Below the pieces are notes generated by a model. The model made no database searches, was not told the DNA's origin, and was given only the letters and a program-made list of their open reading frames with translations. From Amoeboaphelidium protococcarum X5 (taxonomy: Eukaryota; Fungi; Aphelidiomycota): 64,000 bases of DNA. The position numbers were made by a program, and so were the translations under genes. Positions 41,401 to 56,373 of the stretch are shown piece after piece; positions within the stretch are counted from its first letter, which is position 1; every line of letters starts with the position of its first letter. Where the stretch lies: NCBI GenBank assembly GCA_023515725.1, contig JALDTO010000208.1, forward strand, positions 435,868 through 499,867, read 5' to 3'.

Positions 41401-42287
41401 CCTTGCACTTCAGCATCAAGCAATAGCTTGTTATATCTCTAAACCATTTTGTTGTGCGCCATGAAAGCAACGACGGTTCTAATAGCAGACAGGGCCTCCT
41501 CAGCCACATCGCCAGCCTTAGCATAGCTATCCAAAGATCTCTTGGTGTACAAAACAATATACTTTCTAAAAAAGACCATCACAACGGCCATAATAGGGAT
41601 GATGACAAACAAAACGCCAGTCAATTTGGCATTGGACGTGAAAGCAACAATAAATGCAGCCACAAAGGTGCTCAAGTTCATGGCAAGCAGCGGAATCTTC
41701 TCACCAATACCATCCTGAAACAGCTAAGTATCGGTTATGATTCTAGTTGAGACTTGACCCGCACCAACAGACTCAAAGTACGCAATATCTTACTTCAACA
41801 CTCCTTCCAAATAGGCTTTTCGCAGGCGACTTGAAACTTGCTCAGAGATATAGGTGAAAGTAGCAATATAAACATAAGTCGTAACCAGAGTAGCAGCTGC
41901 AAGATAGACAAAGTACAAGATTGTACCGTTGATAGACGATTGAAGTTGGTCGGCAGAAATTAGTTAGACTTGAAACTTTCCCAAGTCGTCACTCAAAGCT
42001 CCAAAAACGATAGTCATCAGAGGTAACACGGAACCGGCAGCAATTGCAGCAATCAAGCCAAGAACCATCAATATCTTGTCCTTTCTAGTAGCAAAGTGAA
42101 GAAGCATGCTAGTGAAAGATCGCTCCTAGGTCTTTTAAGCATCAGCAGTATGGTGTTTGTGGCTTCTACCAGAAACAGAGCGTATCGTATCCATCTTTGC
42201 GGATGCCTCAGCTTAATGATCATACTAACCTTACTGCTAAAACTCCTGCATCGCAAATTCAGCATCAGCAGGTCTGCCAGCAATCAT
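38433..42287 (-). CDS. Full-size ABCB (MDR1/P-glycoprotein-like) transporter, ~1284 aa, intronless
   Basis: Two TMD-NBD halves; GQSGSGKS and GPSGSGKS; LSGG(TAG=Q)KQRIAIAR and LSGGQK(TAG=Q)RIAIAR; [11 protein letters not shown] twice. Confidence 0.96.
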
Positions 42288-43264
42288 TTCGAGTAAATTG
42301 CAATGCTGTTAATATTTTATGCTAACTATTACGTAAGAATGAATAAGAAATGCAGCACAGGGGATTTTCAAGCGATCGGCACTGATTTCGTAAGCAATTT
42401 TCAAGTTTCACGATCGATCTGAAACAAAAAACGTCAATTCAGATCTGAAAACTTCCGTCAGGGGTATATTGGCTTACCTTACGATGACGCTATGTTTTAA
42501 GGAATCTGAATATTTGATTTACATTCAGACGTTGGAATCAAAGTGTTTGGTTAACACGTAAAGGTTAATACGGATTATGCTTTTATTGACGGCGAATATC
42601 ATGATACAAATTTTATTCACTCGCCATTAACTTGTAGTTTTCTCTTGAAAAATCATAGAGTTGGAGTAATAGGGGAAAATGATGACGTCAAATATCGTGA
42701 GCATTTCAGTAAATTACGGGGAAAAAGTTATCACTTTATTACTTACTAGTCACTTAGTAATACAGCATAAAAGGCGTCTCCATTTAGCGAGAATTAGTGA
42801 CACAAGACGACATAATGAGATTCTTGCTTCATGTAAGCTGCAAAAAGTAGCAAAAAAATTCTTGATAGTTCTGTATATCTCAATTCAAGATGCATAGATT
42901 GAATTTCTTAATGGTTATCACAACTTTGCATCATCTTCAATAGAGACATTAGTTTAACTCAATGAGTGAAACAGTCAGCCTCATTGAAATCAAATTCGGA
43001 TTCTGAAACAGAAACGGACGTGATCTTTCCGCTTTTGAAACTGGCGCGCCTCTTCGATCAAAACAGCCTCCGAATCTTCATCATCAACATCAGCGTAGAC
43101 CGTTTCTCTCTCTCTCCCTCTCTGCCTGTCTGTCTGCCTTGAGTATTATCTCTCTTTAATGCTCATTTCTATTTAATGTAAGTATTTCAGTATTATTGGT
43201 TCTTTATTTTCTACATTAATTTATGTAGTTTGTCAATTTTGATTCTGCTTGTTTGAGATCAACT

Positions 43265-44488
43265 ATGTAATCTAACTTTGGTGCTTGTGACAACAATCCT
43301 GCTTAGCTCCATGCTGCGTCTCATCATCAACATCAACTTCACAATCATCACCATCACCATTAACTTCCGCTGGCTACTTAACCCATCAGAACTGTGATAC
43401 CTCCTCCTGTCAAGACTTGTAAGAATTGTGGACGCTCTCAGACACCGATTTGGAGAAAAAGTCCGTGTGGTCAAGTTTTATGCAATGCGGTAGGTGTGTT
43501 ATCATTTTTTCACTGATCTGATCGCTATTGATTTAGCTTTATGTAGTGTGGACTCTACTTGAAACAACAAGGTAAAATGCGGCCGATTGATCTGGACACT
43601 AAACCTCTGCAGAGAAAGAGTTCTAATGCATCATAAATGAATCCTCATAATTCTAAGCGAAAAGACAGTGGCGATGATAGCTCATCTAATGATCTTCCCT
43701 TCGACGCGAAGAAGTCTGTTAAATGCAAAAAGCCTCGTTAAATCAAGATTGCCCCTTTGCCGATTCCTCAGTTAACGGCCGGTAACTTTCACAATTTTGG
43801 TAATGATTATGCTCACAATTTTGGTTCAAGTCAGAGCATCGTCAGCAGAGGTCCTACGGCTATCGTGCACAAGGGAGAACGGTATGAAGTTGGCAATGTA
43901 GTTTCAGTCAGAGGTGTTGAGCATCCAGAGTATATTGGTATTGTACTTGGGTTTGAAATGAGAAATTCGGAGAAATTCTTCTGGATGCGCTGGCTTATCC
44001 CAAAGCCTAAAGTTGAAGAACTGAGCCGCAATGATGATGGCTAAGTTGATCTTAACGATTTTACTCCATGCATTCCTGACGTGGTTACATGTGAAACTAT
44101 CGATGCCGTTTAGTATGTATACAATACCGTACCATCAAGTCTGAAGCATAGTCCAGTTGGTCATCCAGCAAGCTTCAAACCTATTCATCCTTAATAAACA
44201 TCAGGATCTGCTGGCTTCAATTCTATCAAGACTAGTGCATCAACGTCGCCTGTCTCACCATCAGCTTTGGAATAGGAGGCTGCAATGACTAATTACTTTA
44301 GCAAATTCCCGGTGGTGCCATTCTTCCACAGGAATGCGTCGGCCGTATCATCTAATTAGACTTCTGCCTCTGTATCACCTGTCGGAGATTCCCATCCTCA
44401 TGCTACTGATGGAAGTAAATACCCAGGACTAGTGTTCAATTTACCTCTATTCCACAAGTCCAAGATTCATCGTAAAAGCTCCGACTGA
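43265..44488 (+). CDS. GATAD1: GATA zinc finger + BAH-like domain protein (GATAD1-like); intron 43490-43546
   Basis: CKNC-x17-CNACGLY finger split by an intron; HKGERYEVGNVVSV...YIGIVLGF...EKFFWMRWLIP resembles GATAD1 YKGVYYQIGDVVSV...WLIP. Confidence 0.7.
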
Positions 44489-44938
44489 CCGACCGCCAGC
44501 CACTACGCGACTGTATATTTAATGAACTGTATCAATGTAAATAAGAAAATTATGTTTAAACCACCCGCTAAATTTAAATGAACTAAGCATACAAGTCAAT
44601 AATTGATTAAACTCTCATTAGAATGACAATGCTGATCCCTGCTTGAAATTCTCTTGACAACAACGACAGCATTGACTTACAAAGCGAGACAAACTGGAGC
44701 GAGCGAAACCGTTCCGATGTTGTTGCCCGCGATCACCCGTTCCGTCCCTTTCCAGCAAGAAGAGGAATTCAAACGAGAAAACAAGAAAACTTCTCTCAGT
44801 TCTTCTTTCCAGGCAGCTCTCTCTCCCTCTCTTTACTTCTCTGTTTTCAGAGTTCAGGTGTTATTCAGAAACGTTATCGATAAGAGATAACATAGTACTA
44901 GATTTATCCCTAAAAAAACTATTCGAAAAATAATTATT

Positions 44939-46274
<1,336 letters not shown>

Positions 46275-46495
46275 TGATAGTTATCCAACACTGTCGAATA
46301 TATATATCTATATAGTGACTTTTTATATCATTTGCTCTTTTTATTTATAAATTGGTACTATAATACTTTCTTGCTCTTGGGACCATGTTTGTACTTGTAA
46401 GGCAGTCCTTGAAAGGACCCTCAATGTTATACTGAATGTTGAGAGATCAGCCAGCGCCGGAAATCTTCCTTTCCAAAAACACGAAAGGAGACGAC

Positions 46496-49400
46496 ATGAA
46501 ACGCTGTATTTTGAGTCGTTGTTGTAGCAATTAGGCACCCATAAGTAAAGATGATCAAGTTATTAGGAGAAATTATGTTGGTATATAAATGCTGTCAGAG
46601 TATATGCATAACTAGGTGTTCAAGAATCTTAGCAGTACGCCCTCATCAGAGTAGAAACAACTTGCCACTGAGCATCTGACGCGTTAGAATTTGTGGAATA
46701 AACCGACAATAGACGTGTCTCATCCCGACATTCGTCTACCTTCTCTGCTTGGCAAGAATATTCATGAACATTTCAAGTAGATGGCTTTCACCAACTTTTC
46801 CAGTTATTTGTAATTGGCATTAAAGTTGCAAAAGTGTTAGATTCCTGCGATGCCTCCCGTCGGTTAATGGCCCGTAACGAGAGCTGGCTGGACGCGTTAC
46901 TGTCCGAAAAGTTCAACTTTCCGACCTGTGGACTTCCCAGAAGAATCCGCATTAGTATTTGATGTTGAAGCACTGGTTAAACGAGGCAAGTATCCTACTC
47001 TGGCCGTGGCGGCGAGTGATAAAGCGTGGTATGCGTGGTTGTCGCCTGTTTTATTTGAATCTTCATCTGCTGATCTCGGTCAGTATAAGCATCTTATTCC
47101 ATTAGGTAATAATCATAAGCATCAGAAGACAGCAGAGCAGTAGCTTATTATTGGACATAATGTCTCGTTTGATCGCGCCAGGATTCTAGAAGAGTATGAC
47201 ATTCGGTAATCACAGCGGCGGTTCCTTGATACAATGAGTTTGCACATGGCTAATAGTGGACTGACAAGTGATCAAAGAGTCGTGTGGAAGAGTATAGACA
47301 AATAGAAAAAGGTGAAAGCTGAATTTGATGATATTTAATCCGATGCATATTAAAGAGGTGAGTAAATGCCGCCAAGTGGTATGCATTTAATGACAGAGGA
47401 TAAGTTTGATGAAACAGACGTGGAATGGTATAATCTATCATCTCTGAATAGTCTGAGTTCTGTGTATAAACTGCATTTTGGTAAGGAGCTAGACAAGGAG
47501 TAGCGGAACATTTTTGTTGAGGGTGATATTGAAGACGTTAGACGAGATTTGTAGAACTGCTTGTAGTATTGCGCACAGGATGTTATGGCCACTTTTTAAA
47601 TTTTTTAAAAGCTATTTGCCAAGTTTTGGACACAGAAGGTGTAAGGGAATCTCATACCACTGGCAGGAGTTCTTGAAATGGGGTCGCCATATCTTCCCAT
47701 ATCTTCAGGATGGAATGACTACATTTAGCGATGTGATAGTCTACTGAATGAGAGATAAAGTCATGTGGCTCAGAGATTAGTTGAACTGACCGACTTTGTT
47801 CTTAAAAGTGCAGAGTCTGAGCGTACCACCGATCACTATCTCAAATAGCTTGACTGGTCAATGGTTGGTCGTAAGGACAATAAGTTGCCTCGCTGGTACA
47901 AGCAGTTGATTCCATCAAAGCAGACCGATCCCGTGGTGACTATTCGCTCTCGAATAACTCCTCTCCTTCTTCGTATGACTTGGATGGGCTATCCATTGTA
48001 CTATCTAGGTACATCGTATGGTTGGTGTTTCCGTGTTCCTTGGAAGGAAGACCATAATTTCGACATGTCTCAGAAGGTGAATGTGGAAGAGTTTCGTGAA
48101 TCTGTCTTAAAATTAGTCGAGAAGTCCAAGTCTGGTGTATCTGTTCAGTAATTCTATTTGAACTTGGTGGAGAATGATTTTGAAGGTGTATACTTTCGCC
48201 TACCTGTAAATGGCTTTGGCCCCAAAGCTTCAAAGAATTGTGGATCTCCTTTTGCCAAGTCGTTCCTACGACATTTCTCTGAGGGGAGTATCTCATCACA
48301 AGATGGCTTGGCGCGGGAGGCAATCGATGCAAATGCTTCTTGTTCTTATTGGATCAGCTCGAGGGAACGTATTATCGATTAGTTTGTTATTGACTCGTCA
48401 CGATTTACTCCTCAATAGGACTTTAATGTAATTCTGCCTCAAATTGTCACCATGGGTACTGTTACTCGTCGGGCTGTAGAGCCGACCTGGCTGACGGCAT
48501 CTAATGCCAAGTCTACCAAGATTGGCTCTGAACTGAAAAGTCAAGTTGTGGCCCCTCCTGGATATAAGATTGTTGGTGCGGATGTTGATAGCTAAGAACT
48601 TTGGATCTCCAGTCTGTTAGGGGATGCTCAGTTTGGAATACATGGCGGGACAGCTTTAGGGTGGATGTGCTTGTAGGGGAATAAGAATGATAAGACTGAT
48701 CTACATTCTTCATCTGCTCAGATATTGGGCCTCAGTAGAGATGCAGCCAAGGTATTCAATTATGCTCGCATCTACGGCTCTGGTCTTAATTTTGCATCGA
48801 CGCTCCTCTCCAAGTACAATCCATCTATGAGTGAAGAGGATGCCAAGAACAAGGCACAGTTGTTGTATAACAAGACTAAAGGCATCAAATGGTTTCCGCC
48901 TACAAATTTTGCTGATTGGCAGTTGAATGACGAGGCTAAGGGGCACAAGAAGCAGTTATCTAGATCTGTTTGGTATGGCGGCACCGAGTCATTTATGTTT
49001 AATACTCTTGAAGATATCGCATTGTCTGATGATCCGCGAACTCCCGTGTGTAAAGTATAATTGCCAGACTCTTTGTTATCTACCAGCTCAAGGCGGAAGT
49101 ATCTAATGAGTTGTGTCAATTGGGTAGTCCAATCTTCTGGAGTTGATTACTTGCATCTCCTGCTGGTGTCTATGTCGTATTTGAGCAGGTAATATCAGAT
49201 TGACTGCAGATTGCTGCTCACAATACATGATGAAGTGCGGTTTCTAGTGGCAGAAAAGGATTAGTATCGTGCTGCGCTAGCTTTGCAGATTTCTAATCTT
49301 TGGACTCGCTCATACTTTGCATACAGTGCCGGTATTTACGACTTGCCGCTGTCTGTAGCTTTCTTTTCTGGTGTGGATATTGATCACGTTTTGCGCAAAG

Positions 49401-49714
49401 AGGCTAGTGATCCATGCATAACTCCGTCCTCTCCTGATGGTTAACCGGTATTCGGCGAGACTCTAGACATTTATCAACTTATTGATAAAGGTTTCTCTAG
49501 TTTAGATCCCAGCGAAAATTAGTAGTCTGCTTAATAAAACTCTGAATAATTGCAATAAGTTGCGGATGATCTTTCATAACTTGATATTATCTCTATGCAA
49601 AGTACAGTTGATAACTCCAAATGGCTTCGCGTATAAATGGCTCAAAATTAGGGTGAATTCAAGTCATTGATATTTAAGAACAACAAGTTGAAAGCCAAGT
49701 AATTGAAATAGTGA
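46496..49714 (+). CDS. MIP1: Mitochondrial DNA polymerase gamma
   Basis: [47 protein letters not shown](TAA=Q)[35 protein letters not shown]. Confidence 0.96.
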
Positions 49715-49748
49715 AAGGTCCAAGTCTATAGGTTTGTATTGCTATTTC

Positions 49749-51227
49749 TCACTTCTACCCTGCACCGTTCTAAAATCCGCTGTACATGGACGCAAACGGA
49801 TCATTCTGGACAGCTTGAAATGGATTCTATGATTGTTAAGATGATTGCCACGAGCCAACTACTACTTACGGCTATGGATTAAATTGCGCCATATTGTTTG
49901 GGGTTTAATATGGATTCTACCTTGGAATCTGCGCACTATTTGCATAACCAGCCTATACGTTCTACTGCCACATGAATGGATTCTAGTCCTGAGACGCTAC
50001 CATATTTTGCTAATTCTAGTAAGGTTGCTACATACCAAATGGATTATTCATCAAGTTACCATTCATCTGTGGCTGTGCATACACATTATTATTCATGGCC
50101 ATATTTCCTCCCATTGACTAGAAGCCCTGACTCTGTTATGGAGGTGACACGATACCAAATGGATTATCTGCAATTCCAAAAGGATTGGCGTTAAACTGAG
50201 ACTGTTGCGGACCTTGCTGATTGTTAAAGTTGTTCTGCAACATGGCCGATTGCTGCTGCGGCATACTACCAAAAGACTATGAATTACCAAACGGATTCAT
50301 TTGTTATTGTTATTATGCCATACCACCATTCATCTAGAATGGATTAGACTGATAGCTAGTATTCATTGCTTGTGGCGCGAAATTATTACTTGTCTGCCCC
50401 ATACCGCTGCTGAAAAACTGATTCTAAGGCACCGATCCAGTGGTGAAGTCAAGCGCGTTTAGCCCCAGAAGATCATCGGCAACTGATGGAGTCTTTTGCA
50501 TTGACTTTAAGTTGGATGAAGTCGCCTATGGAGTTTGAAGATGCTTACTCTATGATGCTGCTTTGGGTGCACTGTCACTTACAGAAGGTAGAGGCTTGCT
50601 CGTATTGTCAGCAAAAGCGTCCAATTACTACTCAAGAGATACGCCAGACTTTTGCGTAGTCAGCCTGCTAGAGTTATCACGTCTTCCAACTGCAGCGGTA
50701 TTACCAGCTGTCGCAGCGGACTAAAAGCTCAACACTGAGGCAGCGTCACTAATCGAATCAGCAGTCGCAGTATTGGACAAACTGCCGGCACCTCTAGACT
50801 TTTGATGATGATCTCCATCTTAAATAGACTCCTCTACCACATCGACTGCTGCTGTAGCATCATACCACTTCTTCTCTTGATACTTTCTGCGCATGAAATC
50901 TTTCAACTCTACAGGATTGTTTCGATCAGGCAGTCTTTGAACGGATGGATTAAACTTGGCCATCCAGATGGACTTGGCGCGTTTATTACCATTTGCTTTA
51001 AGCTGAGTGACATCATCTTGGGTGAATGTCGCAGCAGTTAGAGACTTGGTTCGATGATAATCGCGAATCGCACCAGCGCATGTAGCACAGATGAAAGTGT
51101 ACGTGATAACGTCAACATACGCAACACCCTACTTATCGCACTCTGCACAAAACTTGTTATGCTCAAGCTTTTGCTACTCTTTAATTTCCTTGTTGATCTT
51201 TTCCTCTGCCCTCTTTTACATACTCAT
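49749..51227 (-). CDS. ArfGAP with NPF repeats (AGFG1/Hrb-like)
   Basis: NKFCAEC-x16-CATCAGAIR ArfGAP finger, GNKRAKSIWMA, FMRRKYQEKKW. The C-terminus has several NPF/NPY/DPF motifs. Confidence 0.88.
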
Positions 51228-52058
51228 ATTAGTTGTATTGTTGAACAAGTTATCACTGATGTGTTGTTTCACTTTCGCGTTTGAATCAAAGTAGTTGATA
51301 GGTAATCATTTAGATTGCTTGAATTCGGTAATAGGGATAAAAATAACCTTATCAATCTAGTGGACCGTAATTTAAACTAGTGATCACGCTCAGCGTTTAT
51401 ATATTATATAATATAATATCAAGTTTATGCATCTTGTCTGCAGTTTATATCGTTGATGGTGGTTTATTATCAAAACTAAATATGCAAAGTGACTTCAAAT
51501 CTCGCTTTGTCGAAATTTTATTCATTCAACTTTTTTCGCCCGTTAAGTAAAACGTCACGCTCATCAAGCAGGCAATCAATAGAAATGATAAACTCTAGGT
51601 GGCAAAGTATTGGAGCCAAATCGGCAGATTATATTCACAAAGGAATCGTCACGGTATGAATTATTATTATTAATAGCTGAACGCATTTCGATTGTAAAAT
51701 GTGATGTAGATTCTGGCGGTTGGATGTGCATTTGGCACGGTGAATCTAAGTCTTGGAATGTATCACAAATATACAACATTGACTGCACGAAAGAATGAAC
51801 GTGTAGGATTGATATTAAAATTATATAGTCTTATGGTATTTGAATGATATTATGAATGTGTAGTTGCAGTAAAAGACATCATAATAGTCGGAGAGTGGAA
51901 GTGACGCGAACGAGAAATCTGATTGAATGAAGAGTGAGTGATATAAGAGTGATAATGTCGAATATAATTAAAGTGATTAATTTAAAAGCAGAGATAATTA
52001 AAGTATTAATTTCAATTTTCAAATGCTTTTTTATAAAGTCAAGTGTATTATAAAATAT

Positions 52059-52437
52059 TCAGTACTTGTATCCAATAATCTAACGTCTGGCCAAGATCTC
52101 ACCAATAGTGAAGAAACCGGCAACTTCCACAGTCAATTTAGCAGCATCCCACACATTACGGAGCGTATACCCTCCAATACCATCACGCGCCATTCTAGCA
52201 AACAATCCCTGTCTGATCAGAGTGGCAAACTCAGAGGCTGCAGAATTCCACGTTCCCAGCTGTGGTGGTGCCAGGTTGGCATTGCGGTACACCAATTTAG
52301 AGAACGACCAAGCGGTCAGTGCCTTGTTCTACACCAAGCTAGTAACTTCTACACACATTTAGGGGAAACAATAATAAAATAATATTCAGTCAATTTAAAT
52401 AAAGTGAATAACTCTTACTACTCAATGATGATGCCAT
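52059..52437 (-). CDS. ATP20: Mitochondrial ATP synthase subunit g (one intron)
   Basis: LVYRNANLAPP, VEVAGFFTIGEILARRQIIGYKY. Confidence 0.9.
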
Positions 52438-52715
52438 TTCTATTTATTAAAAATTACGGATACAATAACGACTTCACTGTAAATTGAGGAAAGAAGAAAA
52501 GATAACGTTCGTTAACTTAGCCAGAAAACAGAATCTTTTACTTGGCGAGCGATAGACAAAGAGAGATAGAGAAAGATCATGCGATGCTCTGAAGGGGAAA
52601 AGTCGCGCTATAGGCACTACTAAAAATCATTCAAAACAGAAGTTGTTAAAAACAAGATAAAAACAAATCGTTAATGTTAATAGTTATAATACAAAGGATG
52701 GATGTACAAACTCTT

Positions 52716-54860
52716 TCATTAATCATCACTGTTAATCTTATTATCTATGACAATAACATTGTCGTTACTGGTGGACACGGGAGATAGGGTGTCATTTTGA
52801 GAGCGGAGATAGAACGACAGCACGCCTATCCGTGAGTAGAATATCAACTTTAAAGACTGGAGGCAATCTAGAAATAGACGGTCCACTTCCTTCTTCTTTG
52901 ATGCTGATGATGATGATTTTACAGAACTTTTTTACGTGTATACCGGTATCTCGCTATTGTGCTTCGGCTGCATTGGACTCTGATACCCGTCAAATACATC
53001 TTAATAGGCATTACTGCCACCATCATCATCACTGCTTACGATTAAACTTATATGCTTAGTCTTGTTGGCACCGTCGTCCATCTTTTATTTCGAATGCTCT
53101 GATGCTTCATCAAGATGCTCATGACACATCTATCTAACTTTACTGATCACCTACCACCATTTCTATACTGCAAGAATACGATCATGACACCAATCGTCAA
53201 TGTAATACTTGACTTCAATCTGATCCTTCTTCTAGTCAGTATGCTCAGCATTTTAACCACCAGTAGAAGAAAGTCTTTACGAGGCACTATTGTTGATATG
53301 AGACGATGAATCCTAGCTAGAGTCTGTTCCGGCTCGATTTCTAACGCGTTCACTATCACTGTCTCTGATATTAGCCGTTGTGGTTGTAGAATTTGATCCA
53401 GAAAGCATTTTACTGCTACCAAAGGATGAGGATAGAACAGATTAGATTGCACTTGCCGCAGCACTTGCAGAACTGGTTGGTTAGATAAGAGTCAGACGGT
53501 ACGTGCATCGCTTAGGATTGAGTGAATACACTATGGGTACATTATCATCAGAATGGTCCTATTTCCTTCCGCAAGCAGCGCATACTGTGCAATCATTAAC
53601 ACCACCAGGAGTCACTTGAGTGACAGCGTGTGTCGTCAACTCTTTACTGCTGGATGATTATGAATTGAGGAACGATTGCCATAATCGTGCAGGAGAAGGT
53701 GTTCGATGCTGAGACTGTAATTATTACTATTATTATTATATCTACTAATTCTGCTAAGCATCTACCAGACCAAGTGCAGATCCAGATCGTTTAGGCCAAG
53801 ATATAGAAGCTTAAGGCGTATGGCCCACAGATTAAGACACTTTTTGATTGATAGACGACTTAACCTACTACTATTACTACGACTTGACGGGTTCACTCAA
53901 CTTGTCAGGAATATGTTCTTCATCCTAGTAATCCACCTGCTCCATAACAAGAGTTTCATTGACAATACCATCCAGTAGCCTTTTCCAACTCAATTTACCA
54001 CCGGCAAATGCTCCGCCAGTAATTCTGAGAGCAGGTTCAACAAACTCATCCATGGCAAATTTAATAAACTGACTCAACTGCGCCAACTTGTATGGAGTAA
54101 AGTCCAGAATATCCGCATGCTTGTGACACAACTCCACAAAAGTCTGAAAATCCACCAACATCCTGGCGTCAGTCATCGAGTCAAGACCAAGCGCTGCAAA
54201 AGTGTCCAATTTATACAGGCCATCCACTTTGATACTCAGAGACTAGGTAACCTCAGATCTCGATTACTATAATACATCAGCGGTGGTATTAAACACGTTA
54301 ATATCTGAAATCTTACGACGCAGAGACACACCTATGCGACGCTCCTTCTCATATTTATTCACAATCTTGCCAAACTCCGTCTCTATAGTCTATCGCTTCT
54401 ACTGCTCCTCATGCCTCTTCCTAGACTCATCTGCCACCATACCATTAGCTTACTCAAACAGATTCCTGGTCAACTCCTCAACCTCCTCCTGCACTTTATC
54501 CTTCTCCACCTGCAACTAGCCTCGGAGATCAATCTCACGCACCAGCTTACCACTCATATTATGCAAATCTTTCGTTAGTTGGTCACACTCTTCAGTCTTC
54601 TTGATGAGAGCATTCTCCAACTGCTTGACCAATTTCTAAAGCTTATCATTCTCCATCTTGACACGATTCGCAGTTAGACTGTCCAACTGGGCCTACTGCT
54701 TTAATAGTGACACATGTTCCCCAATCTTGACTAATTTCTCTACAGGCAATCCGCACCGTCTGCAGTCAACGCCCGACCCGTCAATCTCCATTCTAAACTC
54801 TCTCACGGAATCCTCGCACTGACACCATTAATTATCTTCCGTACTACTATCTTTCTCCAT
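52716..54860 (-). CDS. SEC2: Rab guanine-nucleotide exchange factor Sec2/Rabin8
   Basis: Coiled coil KVQEEVEELTRNLFEQANGMVADE; EFVEPALR; WCHDRILAV; RLFLDCLQSLKLIFYSRIG. Confidence 0.85.
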
Positions 54861-55163
54861 ATTATTATTTTAAAAACTTTTATAATCTTAATATTCTACT
54901 CAGGCGTAATAAAAGATAGTATAGAATGGTACAATCAAAACAGATTATCTGGCCGTGTTCTCACAGACAGTTGCTTTGAGGAAAGAAACGGCTTTGAGTC
55001 GAGCGTCTCACAGCGATCTCTCCCTCTGTCACTCTTTCCTCTCTCACTTAGGCGTGGGATCTCTTCCAGTCAGTCACCACTCGTTTGATTGCTTTTAGTC
55101 GTTTTAATCATTGCCGCCACCTGATTAAGATTAAGCGCCGTTTTACTCAAAGTATCAGTTAAA

Positions 55164-56165
55164 ATGGCGTAGAGTGTTCGCGTTAGGTAGGATAGTCATT
55201 CTGGTAGTTGGTACTTGAAAGATTAGAATGCCTTGTCGTCATAGTTGAATGGCTGGTTGGATAATTAATAATCTGAAGTGGCTGGTGCTAGTAATAACTC
55301 AGAAGTGAGAGTGAGCGAAAGGTGCGTAGATGTTAATATGCTTGGATTAATCGGACCACATGCAGGTTATTCGTATTCTGGGCAATGCGCTTCTCATGGA
55401 TATTCTCAGTTGTGTAGTGGAGTTGATTCTACTAAACCGTTGACGATCTATGTACTCGGTCCATCCCATTACTTGTATCTACGGAATAGGTGCGCTTTAA
55501 CTCAGTGTTAGCTACTGAAGACACCACTGGGAACACTGCGCGTAAATACCGAGATTACGGAATAACTTTACAATTCTAAGCATTTCGATTTGTTATCGCA
55601 GAGCCAAGATGAAGAGGAGCACTCGATTGAGATGCATTTACCTTATATTGTGGCGGCGTGCATCCGCGCTGGATACAAGTGTGATGCTGATGGAGTGTTG
55701 GAGAATGTGTCCATTGTTCCCATTGTCGTAGGACATCTGGATAACAAATCAGTCATGGATGCGTACGCTTTCGAACTGAGTAGATGCAGTTTGAATGCAT
55801 AATCTTTATAGTCATAGCAAATTAGAGTCATAGTTAGTAGTGACTTTTGCCATTATGGCAAGCGATTCAGATACACGCCGTTTAAGGAGCGAATACATTC
55901 AAACATTGTTCAGATGGATCATGACGGTATGAAACTGATCGAAAATCAAGATTTAGATGGCTTTCTGTCTTATCTTGATACTACTGGGAATACTATCTGT
56001 GGGCGGTATCCTATTTGTATATTGCTTAGCTGGCTTAATCTAGTTAGAGATTAGGATTATCTTGCTGCGATAAATGTCAAGTTTGTCAATTACGATCAGA
56101 GTAACGCGTGTGATGACAATAACGATAGCAGTGTCTCTTATGCAACTGCCACTATATAATATTGA
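55164..56165 (+). CDS. MEMO1: MEMO1 family protein
   Basis: HSGSWY, IGPHAGYSYSG, LGPSH, DEEEHSIEMHLPY, SSDFCHYG, GNTICGRYPI, DSSVSYA. Confidence 0.95.
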
Positions 56166-56373
56166 ATTTCATGTAATCTTTGAAACTTGTAATAATAAAT
56201 TTGAGATTATTTTATAAAGTTATTTATGACTTTATTCTTTTAGACTTTGCATTACAAGAGCGTCTTCTACTCACCTTATCGATCCCATCTCTGATTAAGG
56301 GGATGATCTCGGTACGCGCAGTTCTTTGATCTTCTGTTTAGTTATACACTATCGTATATTGTAGTTGGAATAT

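Noticed and set aside
49790-50350. Recurring AATGGATT motif resembling a CRISPR-like or regulatory repeat array
   Set aside because: It is the reverse complement of AAT CCA TTT/TAT, i.e. the NPF/NPY motifs of the minus-strand ArfGAP. Spacing is irregular.
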